A stretch of 64,000 bases of DNA, taken from an uncultured delta proteobacterium (GTDB lineage Bacteria; Desulfobacterota; Binatia; UBA9968). The stretch covers positions 1-64,000 of the forward strand of contig CAWDPO010000016.1 in assembly GCA_963804165.1 (NCBI GenBank). Direction: 5' to 3'. Shown piece by piece: positions 10,070 to 19,545 of this stretch. A program made the position numbers and the translations under genes. The notes beneath the pieces are model-generated. The model was not told the origin of the DNA, did no database searches, and saw nothing but the letters and a program-made list of their open reading frames with translations. Within the stretch, counting starts at the first letter, position 1. Each line of letters starts with the position of its first letter.

Positions 10070-11068
10070 ATGAAACTCGAGGAACTCGACAACCAACTGG
10101 AGAAAAACCAACTATCCGGATTCTGGCGCACCCGCGTGCCAGGTCATGCATCGGAGGCACCCTATCTATGGAAGTGGCAGCCGCTTCTCGATGGCCTGCT
10201 CAAAGCGAGCGAGACGATCGGTATCGAACAAGCCGAGCGGCGCGCCATCCGGCTGGTGAGCCCACATCTGCCGATCAAATCAACGTCGCATACCCTGCAA
10301 GTGACTTTTTCGATCGTTAATCCGGGCGAAGTGGCGCGGGCGCACCGACACAATATGGCGGCGATCCGATTTGTCGTGCAAGGCCGGGGCGCTTATACGG
10401 CGGTCGATGGCGAGAAATTTTTCATGGAAGAGGGCGACCTGATTCTCACGCCCAATTGGACCTGGCACGACCATCACAACGAGTCGCAAGACCCGATTAT
10501 TTGGCTGGACGGCTTGGACGGGCCGTTGATTCAATCGTTTAATGTTCTCTTCTTCGAAGACGCGGAATTTCCTGAACAGCCGATCACGCGCCAAACTGGC
10601 GAGTCGCTTAGCCGAATGGGCTTTGCGCGCCCAGTGAAAACAGCGGCCGGCCATTCGCGCGGCGTACCGTTTCGTTATGCTTGGAAGGACACTCACGCGG
10701 CGCTTAGAGCGATGGGCGACGGCGACCGCGATCCTTATGACGGGCGGTTACTGCGTTATATCAATCCCGTCACCAGCGGCTACACCTATCCGACGATGTC
10801 CTGCGAGGTGCAGCTTTTCAAAGGCAAAGAATCGACTAAGACGCACCGTCATACCAGCACGGCGATCTACCATGTGGTTCGCGGCCAGGGACGGACCCGA
10901 GTTGGCGAGGGTTACTTGGAGTGGCAGCAGGGTGACACTTTCGTGGTGCCGCTCTGGCAGTGGCATGCGCACGAGAATCTCTCGAATGACGAGGCGGTGC
11001 TGTTTTCTATCAATGACCGCCCGATCATGGATTCGTTGCAGCTTCATCGCGAAGAATCGACAAACTAA
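10070..11068 (+). CDS. Gentisate 1,2-dioxygenase-like bicupin
   Basis: ERRAIRLVSP, PGEVARAHRH, GDLILTPNWTWHDH, WLDGLD, HRHTSTAIYHV, GDTFVVP.W.WH.H. Confidence 0.85.
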   Translation: MKLEELDNQLEKNQLSGFWRTRVPGHASEAPYLWKWQPLLDGLLKASETIGIEQAERRAIRLVSPHLPIKSTSHTLQVTFSIVNPGEVARAHRHNMAAIRFVVQGRGAYTAVDGEKFFMEEGDLILTPNWTWHDHHNESQDPIIWLDGLDGPLIQSFNVLFFEDAEFPEQPITRQTGESLSRMGFARPVKTAAGHSRGVPFRYAWKDTHAALRAMGDGDRDPYDGRLLRYINPVTSGYTYPTMSCEVQLFKGKESTKTHRHTSTAIYHVVRGQGRTRVGEGYLEWQQGDTFVVPLWQWHAHENLSNDEAVLFSINDRPIMDSLQLHREESTN

Positions 11069-11109
11069 CCGCTCGCGATCTTTTCCTTCGACTACGCCGT
11101 AAAGGAACT

Positions 11110-12114
11110 ATGGCTCCTCCTATAAAAATTCGTCTCGCGAGCCGCGCCTATGACGGAACGCTGCCCATCCTGCGCGGACAAAAAAGTATTCCAGGCTTTG
11201 AATTCGACGTCACCGAGACTGAAGATGTGCCGGGGATGTTCGCGGGCATGTTCAAAGGGCAGTACGATGTTTCCGAGATGTCGCTCGGCGAATTGATTTA
11301 CTACACTTCGAGGAACAAAGCCGAGTTCGTCGCGGTGCCGGTTTTTCCGTCGCGCATGTTTCGTCATGGCTTTATTTTCGTCCGGAAAAATTCCGGCATT
11401 AACCAACCCGCGGATTTAAACGGCAAGAAACTCGGCTTTCTTCGCTGGGTACAGACCGCGGCGATTTGGATGCGCGGGATGCTGGTCGACGAATACGGCG
11501 TGTCGGCGAAAAATTCGCAATGGTATGTCGCTTCGATGCATCATTGGGACGACCACGATCCCGGCGCGACGGTCGAACCGCGCGACGGCTCGGTAATTCG
11601 CATGATTGAAAACAGCGGCAAGAATACGTCCGAGCGGGCTTGCCGCGCGCTTTTCGACGGCCAAGTTGATGCACTGGGTGTTACGGAATCGCAGCTTCCG
11701 ACTCTGCTGACCAACGATTCGGTGCAAAGATTGTTTGGCAACTCGCGCGACGTCGAAGCAGCTTATTTTCGCAAGACCAAAATCTTGCCGATTATGCACG
11801 TGCTGGCGTTGCAAAAAAATATTGCAGACCGCTATCCCGAGTTGCCGGAGAAGCTGTTTCGGCTTTACACCGACGCAAAGCGCTGGGCGCAGCGCTGGCG
11901 GCGGGCAATTCCCAGCCTAGTCGAAGCGTGGCCCAATCATTATCTGAACGAGGAGCAGCGGATTTTTAGTGCGGATCCCTGGGCGTACGGGCTCGAGGCG
12001 AACCGGCATGTGCTCGATACTTTTCTTAGCTATTGTCATGCTCAAGGCATTACCGCGACGAACATCACGCCGGCGGATATTTTTCATCCCGGCACGGTGA
12101 AGCTCGTCGAGTAA
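11110..12114 (+). CDS. 4,5-dihydroxyphthalate decarboxylase (PhtD)-like SBP-fold protein, no signal peptide
   Basis: YDVSEMSL, VPVFPSRMFRHG, QTAAIWMRGML, PIMHVLAL, DPWAYGLEANR. Confidence 0.75.
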   Translation: MAPPIKIRLASRAYDGTLPILRGQKSIPGFEFDVTETEDVPGMFAGMFKGQYDVSEMSLGELIYYTSRNKAEFVAVPVFPSRMFRHGFIFVRKNSGINQPADLNGKKLGFLRWVQTAAIWMRGMLVDEYGVSAKNSQWYVASMHHWDDHDPGATVEPRDGSVIRMIENSGKNTSERACRALFDGQVDALGVTESQLPTLLTNDSVQRLFGNSRDVEAAYFRKTKILPIMHVLALQKNIADRYPELPEKLFRLYTDAKRWAQRWRRAIPSLVEAWPNHYLNEEQRIFSADPWAYGLEANRHVLDTFLSYCHAQGITATNITPADIFHPGTVKLVE

Positions 12115-12142
12115 CATAGACGATTTATCCAAGGAGAACGTT

Positions 12143-13636
12143 ATGGCGACTGCAACGGCGGTTAGACCGACTACGACCGAGTCCTGCAATCTGCGCGACT
12201 GGCTCAAGGAAGTCAAAAAACTCGAGCAATTGGAGCAAATCTCCGGCGCGCATTGGGATTTGGAAATCGGCGCGCTGACGGAAATAATTCTCGAGAGAAT
12301 TTCCACGCCGCCGGCGGTTATCTTCGATCAAGTTCCAGGTTTTGATCCCAACCGCCGCGTCCTCGCGAACATGCTCGAAACCTTGGAGCGCACCGCCCTG
12401 ACGCTGAATCTGCCGTTGGATTTAAAAACCATTCCTTTGATCGATGCCCTGCGCGCGAAGTTGCGGGCGATGCAGCCGATCAAGGCGAACATGGTTCAGA
12501 CCGGGCCGGTGTTCGAAAACATCGAGCGCGGCGACGAAGTCGACCTCATGAAGTTTCCGGTGCCGCGCTGGCATGCGGGCGACGGCGGCCGCTACCTCGG
12601 CACCGCGCACTTGGTGGTTACCCGCGATCCTGAAACCGGCACCGAAAACGTCGGTTGTTACCGTGTCATGCTGCAGGACAAGGACAAGGTCGGTCTTTAC
12701 ATCTCACCGGGAAAGCACGGCAAAATTCATTATGAAAAAGCGATGAAGGCCGGCAAGCCGTTCCCGGTGGCGATGGCGTTTGGTCAGCATCCGCTGCTTT
12801 ATATCGCGGCGTCTCAGGCTGTGCCTTATGCGGTCAACGAGTACGACTGGGCCGGCGGATTGATCGGCCAGCCTATCGATGTCATCGAGGGGCCGCTAAC
12901 CGGATTGCATTTTCCAGCCAGCGCGGAACTCGTCATCGAGGGCGAAATCATTCCCGGCGAATCGATGCAGGAAGGTCCTTTCGGCGAATGGCCCGGTTAT
13001 TACGCCAGCGCCCGGCGGGCCGAACCGTTCGTTCACGTCAAAGCTCTTTACCATCGCAACGATCCAATCATCTGCGGCGCCGCGCCATTCAAACCGACGA
13101 TTCACGGCATGTATCGTTCCTGCTTGCGCGCCGCGACCGTTTGGAACGGCATGGAGCAGGCCGGTGTGCCGGACATCAAAGGCGTCTACCTGCCGCCGCC
13201 GGCTCAGCGATTTATGATCGTCGTCGCCATTAAACAAAGATACCCGGGCCACGCGAAACAGGCCGCGCTGGTTGCCTGCCAATGCCATGCCGGCGCCTAT
13301 TTGGGGCGCTATGTTGTCGTCGTTGACGAGGACATCGATATCACCGATGTCAATGAAGTGCTTTGGGCGATGGCGACGCGTTCCGACCCCGCGACTTCGG
13401 TCGATATCCTGCGGCGCACTTGGAGTGGACCACTCGATCCGATCATACCGCCTGGACAGAAGGGCCATAATTCGCGGATGATTATCGAAGCGGTGCGGCC
13501 GTGGGAATGGCGCGACAAATTCCCCGCGACGAGCGCGATCAGCGCCGACACGCGCAATGAATATTCTAAGAAATGGCAAAAGCAATTGGCTCAGGTTCAA
13601 GCGCGCCATAGCCAGGGCCGAATGGCCTCGGACTAA
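12143..13636 (+). CDS. UbiD family prFMN-dependent (de)carboxylase
   Basis: DGGRYLGT, NVGCYR, AELVIEG, EGPFGEWPGYY, VVVVDEDID..D...VLWAMATRSDP. Confidence 0.92.
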   Translation: MATATAVRPTTTESCNLRDWLKEVKKLEQLEQISGAHWDLEIGALTEIILERISTPPAVIFDQVPGFDPNRRVLANMLETLERTALTLNLPLDLKTIPLIDALRAKLRAMQPIKANMVQTGPVFENIERGDEVDLMKFPVPRWHAGDGGRYLGTAHLVVTRDPETGTENVGCYRVMLQDKDKVGLYISPGKHGKIHYEKAMKAGKPFPVAMAFGQHPLLYIAASQAVPYAVNEYDWAGGLIGQPIDVIEGPLTGLHFPASAELVIEGEIIPGESMQEGPFGEWPGYYASARRAEPFVHVKALYHRNDPIICGAAPFKPTIHGMYRSCLRAATVWNGMEQAGVPDIKGVYLPPPAQRFMIVVAIKQRYPGHAKQAALVACQCHAGAYLGRYVVVVDEDIDITDVNEVLWAMATRSDPATSVDILRRTWSGPLDPIIPPGQKGHNSRMIIEAVRPWEWRDKFPATSAISADTRNEYSKKWQKQLAQVQARHSQGRMASD

Positions 13637-13921
13637 TAATTGCCACTCTTTCGTAAGACTTTGTCAAAATTGTCCGCCTGATCTCCCAATGACCGGCTGG
13701 TCGGAAGCGTTTGCCTCAACAGCAGCCACGGCGAGCAAGTGGGCTTTTTTTCGAGAAAAGTCAGCGAGCACCTGCCGAAAACTGCCCTAGTTGGCCAATT
13801 TTGTCCGCACTAGGTGCAAGCACCGCGTTTTAGCGCCGTTAGCTTACATTTTTCAGCCTCACGTAGGAAATCTTTGGAAAATTCGGGGGTTAACTCGGAT
13901 GAAATATATTTCAAAGGGCTT

Positions 13922-13937
13922 TGGCATGAGACATGCT
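13922..13937 (+). promoter_or_regulatory. Putative sigma-54 promoter
   Basis: TGGCATGAGACATGCT (GG-N10-GC) upstream of the HTH gene. Confidence 0.6.
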
Positions 13938-13997
13938 CCAGCTACTGCATCGATGAACTTTTACGCTATTTTGATAACAAAAAAGGAGAATGATCGA

Positions 13998-14219
13998 ATG
14001 GAAGAAATCATGACACCGTCAGAAGTCGCCGCGCTTCTAAAAATACACCTTAAAACCGTGTATAAGCTTGCTGAAAGAGGCGTTATTCCCGGCAATCGCA
14101 TTGGCCGGAGCTGGCGTTTTAGCCGGACCGACGTTTTGGAATTGGTTTCCACCAAATCGATGAGCTTGACCGATAATAGCGAAGTCAGCCTTCGAGCGGC
14201 GGCCGGCGGCGCTAAATAA
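13998..14219 (+). CDS. Helix-turn-helix protein, excisionase/HTH_17 family
   Basis: IMTPSEVAALLKIHLKTVYKLAERGVIPGNRIGRSWRF; AAGGAG RBS. Confidence 0.85.
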   Translation: MEEIMTPSEVAALLKIHLKTVYKLAERGVIPGNRIGRSWRFSRTDVLELVSTKSMSLTDNSEVSLRAAAGGAK

Positions 14220-14247
14220 TTCCGTTATCGCGTACTTGGCGAGTTGA

Positions 14248-14799
14248 GTGGTGGACGATTTAGATCCAATCAAGCAACTGCAAAGTTTGTTAGATGACCG
14301 GGGCAAGGTGCTGGAAAAAATCTCCGGCATTCACTCCGCGTTAAATTCGCTAAAGAGCCCCGCACCAGCGATGCCCACACCCGGTACGCTGGCGGCGTTC
14401 GCGCCTTTAGCTGACCCCAATCCCAATTTTGCCGGCGAAGGACTCTTGTACGACCGACTCTTGCAGGCGCTGCACGACATGCAAGCGCAGATCGAAGAGC
14501 GGGTGCGCCCGTTGGCCCAGCTAACCTTGCAGGCCGAAGTGGCACAATTGCGCGACCAATTCGCCAGAGATCAAGCGGCATTGAAAGAATCTCTCGCTCG
14601 GATCGATCAATGCATCGTAAGCTGCACGGATCGGCTCGATGAATATCAGCGCCGGTATGCCGATCTGGCGACACTCAACGAACGCATCGCCGCGCTCGGC
14701 GCGGCTCCCGAGCCGCTACCGGAAAACTTGGCCGCTCGCGACGTCAAAGAAATCATCGACCTTCGACTGCAAAATTTGTCCTTGACCGCTAAATTCTAA
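14248..14799 (+). CDS. Hypothetical coiled-coil protein
   Basis: 183-aa ORF with L/Q/E-rich heptads, directly after the HTH gene. Confidence 0.65.
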   Translation: MVDDLDPIKQLQSLLDDRGKVLEKISGIHSALNSLKSPAPAMPTPGTLAAFAPLADPNPNFAGEGLLYDRLLQALHDMQAQIEERVRPLAQLTLQAEVAQLRDQFARDQAALKESLARIDQCIVSCTDRLDEYQRRYADLATLNERIAALGAAPEPLPENLAARDVKEIIDLRLQNLSLTAKF

Positions 14800-14975
14800 A
14801 TCCCAGTCCGACAATTAGATTCAGATTGCGCGCGAACCTCGTCGTGGCTTTGGGCGAAAAAGTCGCCGGAGCGGAACCTTGCCTTAACTTCGCTTGTGCC
14901 AAAACTGCCATCCGAATTTGCGTTTTACCGCGCGAAAAAATTGTGCGCACTCGGATCTTTTCTCTGTTGCCTTAG

Positions 14976-16428
14976 CTAAGAAGCCTTCCAACCGCCACCG
15001 AGAGCTTTGATGAGAAGCACGCTGGCATTCAAACGCCGGCCGAGAATATCGACTGCGGTGCGCTCATTGGTGAGCGCGGTGGTCTGGGCCACGACCACGT
15101 TTAAGTAGCTGACGATCCCCGCTTGGTATTGATTCGTAGTCACGGCCAACGATTGCTGCGCCGCTTGTACCGCTTCATCCTGCGCTTGCGCTTCGCTGGC
15201 GAGGATGCGCTGTGCCGCCAAGTTGTCCTCGACTTCCTGGAAACCCGTAAGCACGGATTGGCGATAGGCGGCTACGTCGGCATCGTAAACCGCGCGGGCT
15301 TGGTCTACTTGCGCTCTTCTTGAGCCGCCATCAAAGAGCGTCTCGGATGCGCTCAGTCCTGCGGACCAGAACCGACCCATCGCGGAAAGCCACTTCGAGG
15401 CGCTCGAACTTTCAAAACCGCCATGGGTATCGATCGAAACGGTTGGGTAATAGGCGGCTTCGGCGACGCCGATTTGGGCATTGGCCGAGGCCACCGTTCG
15501 CTCCGCAGCGGCGACGTCGGGCCGACGTTTCAGCAGTTCCGCCGGCACGCCGGTTGGGATCGTCGGCGGCTGCGTCGCCAGAGTGCCGTTTCTGCGATGG
15601 TGAGATCAGCCGGTGCTTTGCCAATCAAGAGGGCGATGGCGTGCTCCAGCTGCGCGCGCTGTACGCCGACATCGATGGCCTGGGCCTGAGTGGTTTTCAA
15701 TTGGGTTTCCGCTTGCAGCACGTCGCCGCGCGAGGCGATGCCGCTTCGATAGCGGTTGTTGGTGAGCTGCAGCGATTTCTCAAAGGCGACCACGGTGTTG
15801 TCGAGCAGTTGTTTTTGTCCGTCCAGCGAGCGCAGTTGAAAATAATCTTGCGCCAATTCGGCGCGGGCGCTCAGGGTCGCCGCTTCCAGGTCCGCCGCGC
15901 TGGCTTGAGCGGTCGCCTTCGCTCGACTCGACGGTGCGACGGATACGGCCCCAAACATCCAACTCCCAGGAGACATCGACGGGTAAGGAATGATCCGTGA
16001 AGGTCTGGTTGTTTCTCGATGTGCTTGAGCCGGACGTCGCGGAACGTCGCCGTGCGAGTCATCCCGACACCGACGGTCACGGTCGGAAAATAGGCCGCGC
16101 GCGCGGCTTGCACCAGCGCGCGGGCTTGGCGAAATTGCGCTTCGGCTTGGGCGACGTTTTGGTTTGAGATCTCGACTTGCTGTTCCAAAGAATTGAGCTC
16201 GGGGTCGGCGAAGATCTCCCACCAGCTTCGGCTCACCACGTCGTCGACCGACTGAGAATTTTTCGCGGCTTCGGTTTCTTTATAGGCAGCCGGCGTTTCG
16301 AGCGCGGGGCGCGCGTAGTCGGGGCCAACGCTACAAGCGGAAACGAGTAGCAGCGCCGCGGCAAGCGCCAGGCGAAATATTTTTTTGTCTATGGCGTCGC
16401 CAATCGAGCTTCTTAGGTGCAGCTTCAT
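14976..16428 (-). CDS. RND efflux outer-membrane lipoprotein (NodT/OprM family), three frameshifts
   Basis: Lipobox LVSAC-SVGPDY, WWEIFADPELN, SWELDVWGRIRR, PAELLKRRPDV, LIKALGGGW spread over several frames; shifts near 16050, 15918 and 15572. Confidence 0.85.
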
Positions 16429-19400
16429 TCTTTTACGTCTTACGCTGAGTCTGTCGCGAGCGCTCTGCTTGGCTTGGCGCAGGCGGGAAAAATAGAGCCG
16501 GCAACGTTCCATGTAAAGATAAGTAACCGGTGTGGTGTAGAGCGTCAGCATCTGGCTGAAGACCAGGCCGCCGACGATCGCAATGCCCAACGGACGGCGC
16601 AGCTCGGAACCGACGCCGCCGCCGAGCGCGAGCGGCAGACCGCCGAACAGCGCCGCCATCGTGGTCATCATGATCGGCCGAAAGCGCAGCAGGCAGGCTT
16701 GAAAGATCGCATCTGCAGGATTCTTGCCCTCGCTGCGCTCCGCCTCGAGGGCGAAGTCGATCATCATGATGGCATTTTTCTTGACGATGCCGATCAGCAA
16801 AATGATGCCGATGAGCGCGATCACACTGAGATCGGTGCGGCACAGGAGCAGCGCTAACAACGCGCCGACCCCCGCCGACGGCAACGTCGAGAGGATCGTA
16901 ACCGGATGGATCATACTTTCGTAGAGCACGCCGAGAACGATGTACACCGTGATCAGCGCCGCGGCGATCAGCAGCGGTTCGTTGGCCAGCGAGGACTGAA
17001 AGGCTTGGGCCGTGCCTTGAAAGCTGCCGTGGATCGACGAGGGCAAGCCGATCTCGTTGCCGGCGATCTCGACGCTGCTGACTGCATCACCGAGCGCCAA
17101 TCCCGGCGCAAGGTTGAAGGAGAGCGTCACCGAGGGAAACTGGCCTTGATGGGTGATCACCAACGGCACTGTGGAAGGTTGGTAGTGAGTGAGCGTGCTC
17201 AAGGGTACCTGAGAACCGCCCGGCGCGGCGACGTAAATATTTTTTAGTCCGTCGGGGGTTTGCCAATATTGCGGCTCCACTTCGAGCACCACGTGATACT
17301 GATTGAGCGATGTAAACATGGTCGAGACCTGGCGCTGGCCGAATGCATCGTAGAGCGTATTGTCGATCGCTTGGGCGCTCACCCCGAGTCGCGACGCGGT
17401 AGCGCGATCGATGACCAGGCTGGCTTGCAGCCCTTTGTCCTGCTGGTTGCTGTTGACGTCGAGCAGTCCTCCCACGGTCCTGAGTTTTTGCAGCATGCGC
17501 GGCGCCCAGATGAGGAGATCCTGAACGTTGTCGCTCTGGAGCGTATACTGATATTGGGCGTTGGCGCTGCGGCCGCCGACGCGCAAGTCCTGCACCGGCT
17601 GCAGATAGAGATTCACTCCCGGAAACTGCGCCAGCTTGCCGCGTAGCCGGCCGATGATCTGATCGGCGTTGATGCCCCGCTCGTTTAACGGTTTAAGAGT
17701 GATAAACATATTTCCCGTGTTGAGCGCTCTGCCGAAACCGCCGCCATTGAACGCCATCACCGCATCGACCGCTGGATCGCTTTTCACTGTGCTCGCCAAG
17801 GCCGTCATGCGGCCGCGCATGGACTGGAACGACGTGTCTTGATCGGCGACGATGGAGCCGGAGATGCGCCCCGTGTCCTGCTGCGGGAAGAAGCCCTTGG
17901 GAACGATGACATATAGAGCGGTGGTTGCGACCATGGTCAGCAGGGTAACCGCAAGCGTGAGCGGCTGATGGCGCAGCACCCAAGTGAGCGAAGATCGATA
18001 TTTTTCGAGCAGCCATTGAAATAGCCGCTCGCCGCCTTGATAGAAGCGGCCGTGATGCTCTTGATTGCCGCCGCGCAACAAGGTGGCGCACATCATAGGC
18101 GTCAGTGTTAGCGACACGAGCATCGATACGGCGATCGCCAATGACAAGGTCACGGCGAACTCGCGGAACAGGCGGCCGACGATGCCGCCCATCATCAGAA
18201 TCGGGATGAAAACCGCGATCAAAGAAATGCTGATGGAGACGACAGTAAAGCCGATCTCTCTGGCGCCGAGCAGGGCGGCATCCAGCGGTGTCATTCCATG
18301 TTCCAGATGGCGCGTGATGTTTTCGATAACGACGATGGCGTCGTCGACGACAAAACCGGTGGCGATGGTCAGCGCCATGAGCGACAGATTGTCGAGACTG
18401 TAACCTAGAAGGTACATGCCGCCGAAGGTGCCGAGCAGCGAAACCGGCACCGCGATGCTTGGAATGAGCGTCGAGCGCCCGTTGCGTAAGAATAGAAACA
18501 CGACGAGAATCACCAGCGCCAGCGAGATCAGCAACGTAAATTCCACGTCGCGCACTGACGCACGGATCGTCGTCGTGGCGTTGAGCACGACGGAAAGCTT
18601 TACAGTTGGCGGTATGGAAGCGCGCAGCAAGGGCAAAATATCCATAACGCGGTTGACCGTGTCGATGATATTGGCTCCTGGCTCCCGGTAAACGATCAGC
18701 AGCACCGCCGGCTTGCCGTTGGCCAAACCACCAGTGCGGATGTCCTCCACCGAGTCCGTCACGGTGGCGACATCGCCGACGCGCACCGCGCCGCCATTGC
18801 GGTAGGTAATGATCAACGGCCGGTAGGCGTCGGCCTGCAAGAGTTGATCGGTGCTGCTGAGCCACCAGGTTTGCTTTTCGTCGGCGAGCGCACCCTTGGG
18901 ACGGTTGGCGTTGGCGCGATTCAACACCGCGCGAAGATCTTCAAGCCCGAGCCCGTAATGATTCAAAATAGTCGGGTTGGCGTCGATCCGCACTGCCGGC
19001 AAAGCGCCGCCGCCGACGTCGACTTCGCCGACGCCGTCTACTTGTGAAAGTTTTTGTTGCAGGACCGACGACGCCAGGTCGTAGATGCGCGCCCGCTCGA
19101 CAAAGTCGGACGTCAGCGCGAGCATGAGCACGGGAGCGTCGGCGGGATTTACTTTTTTATAGCTTGGATTGCTTGGCAAGTTCGGCGGCAATTGGCTGCG
19201 CGCGGCATTGATCGCCGCCTGGACGTCACGGGCCGCGGCGTCGATGTTGCGATTCAGGTCAAATTGCAACACGACCGAGGTCGAACCGAGCGAGCTGGAA
19301 GAGGTCATTTCGGTAATGCCCGCGATGCGGCCGAATTGCCGTTCCAGCGGTGTTGCGACCGATGAAGCCATCGTCTCGGGGCTCGCACCCGGCAGCCGTC

Positions 19401-19545
19401 CCTGCACTTGGATTGTTGGAAAGTCCACCTGCGGCAAGGGCGAGACCGGCAAGAAAAAATAGGCGAGAGTGCCGGCCAGCCCGACCGCCACAGTCAAGAG
19501 TGTCGTTGCCACGGGTCTCTGGATAAATAGCGCGGGAAAATTCAT
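16429..19545 (-). CDS. mdtC: Multidrug RND transporter permease MdtC-like (no stop seen; reads into the OMF gene)
   Basis: [70 protein letters not shown]; second of two tandem RND genes. Confidence 0.85.

Noticed and set aside
13998-14219. Prophage or ICE indicated by the excisionase-like gene
   Set aside because: No integrase, phage structural, replication or conjugation genes are in the window.
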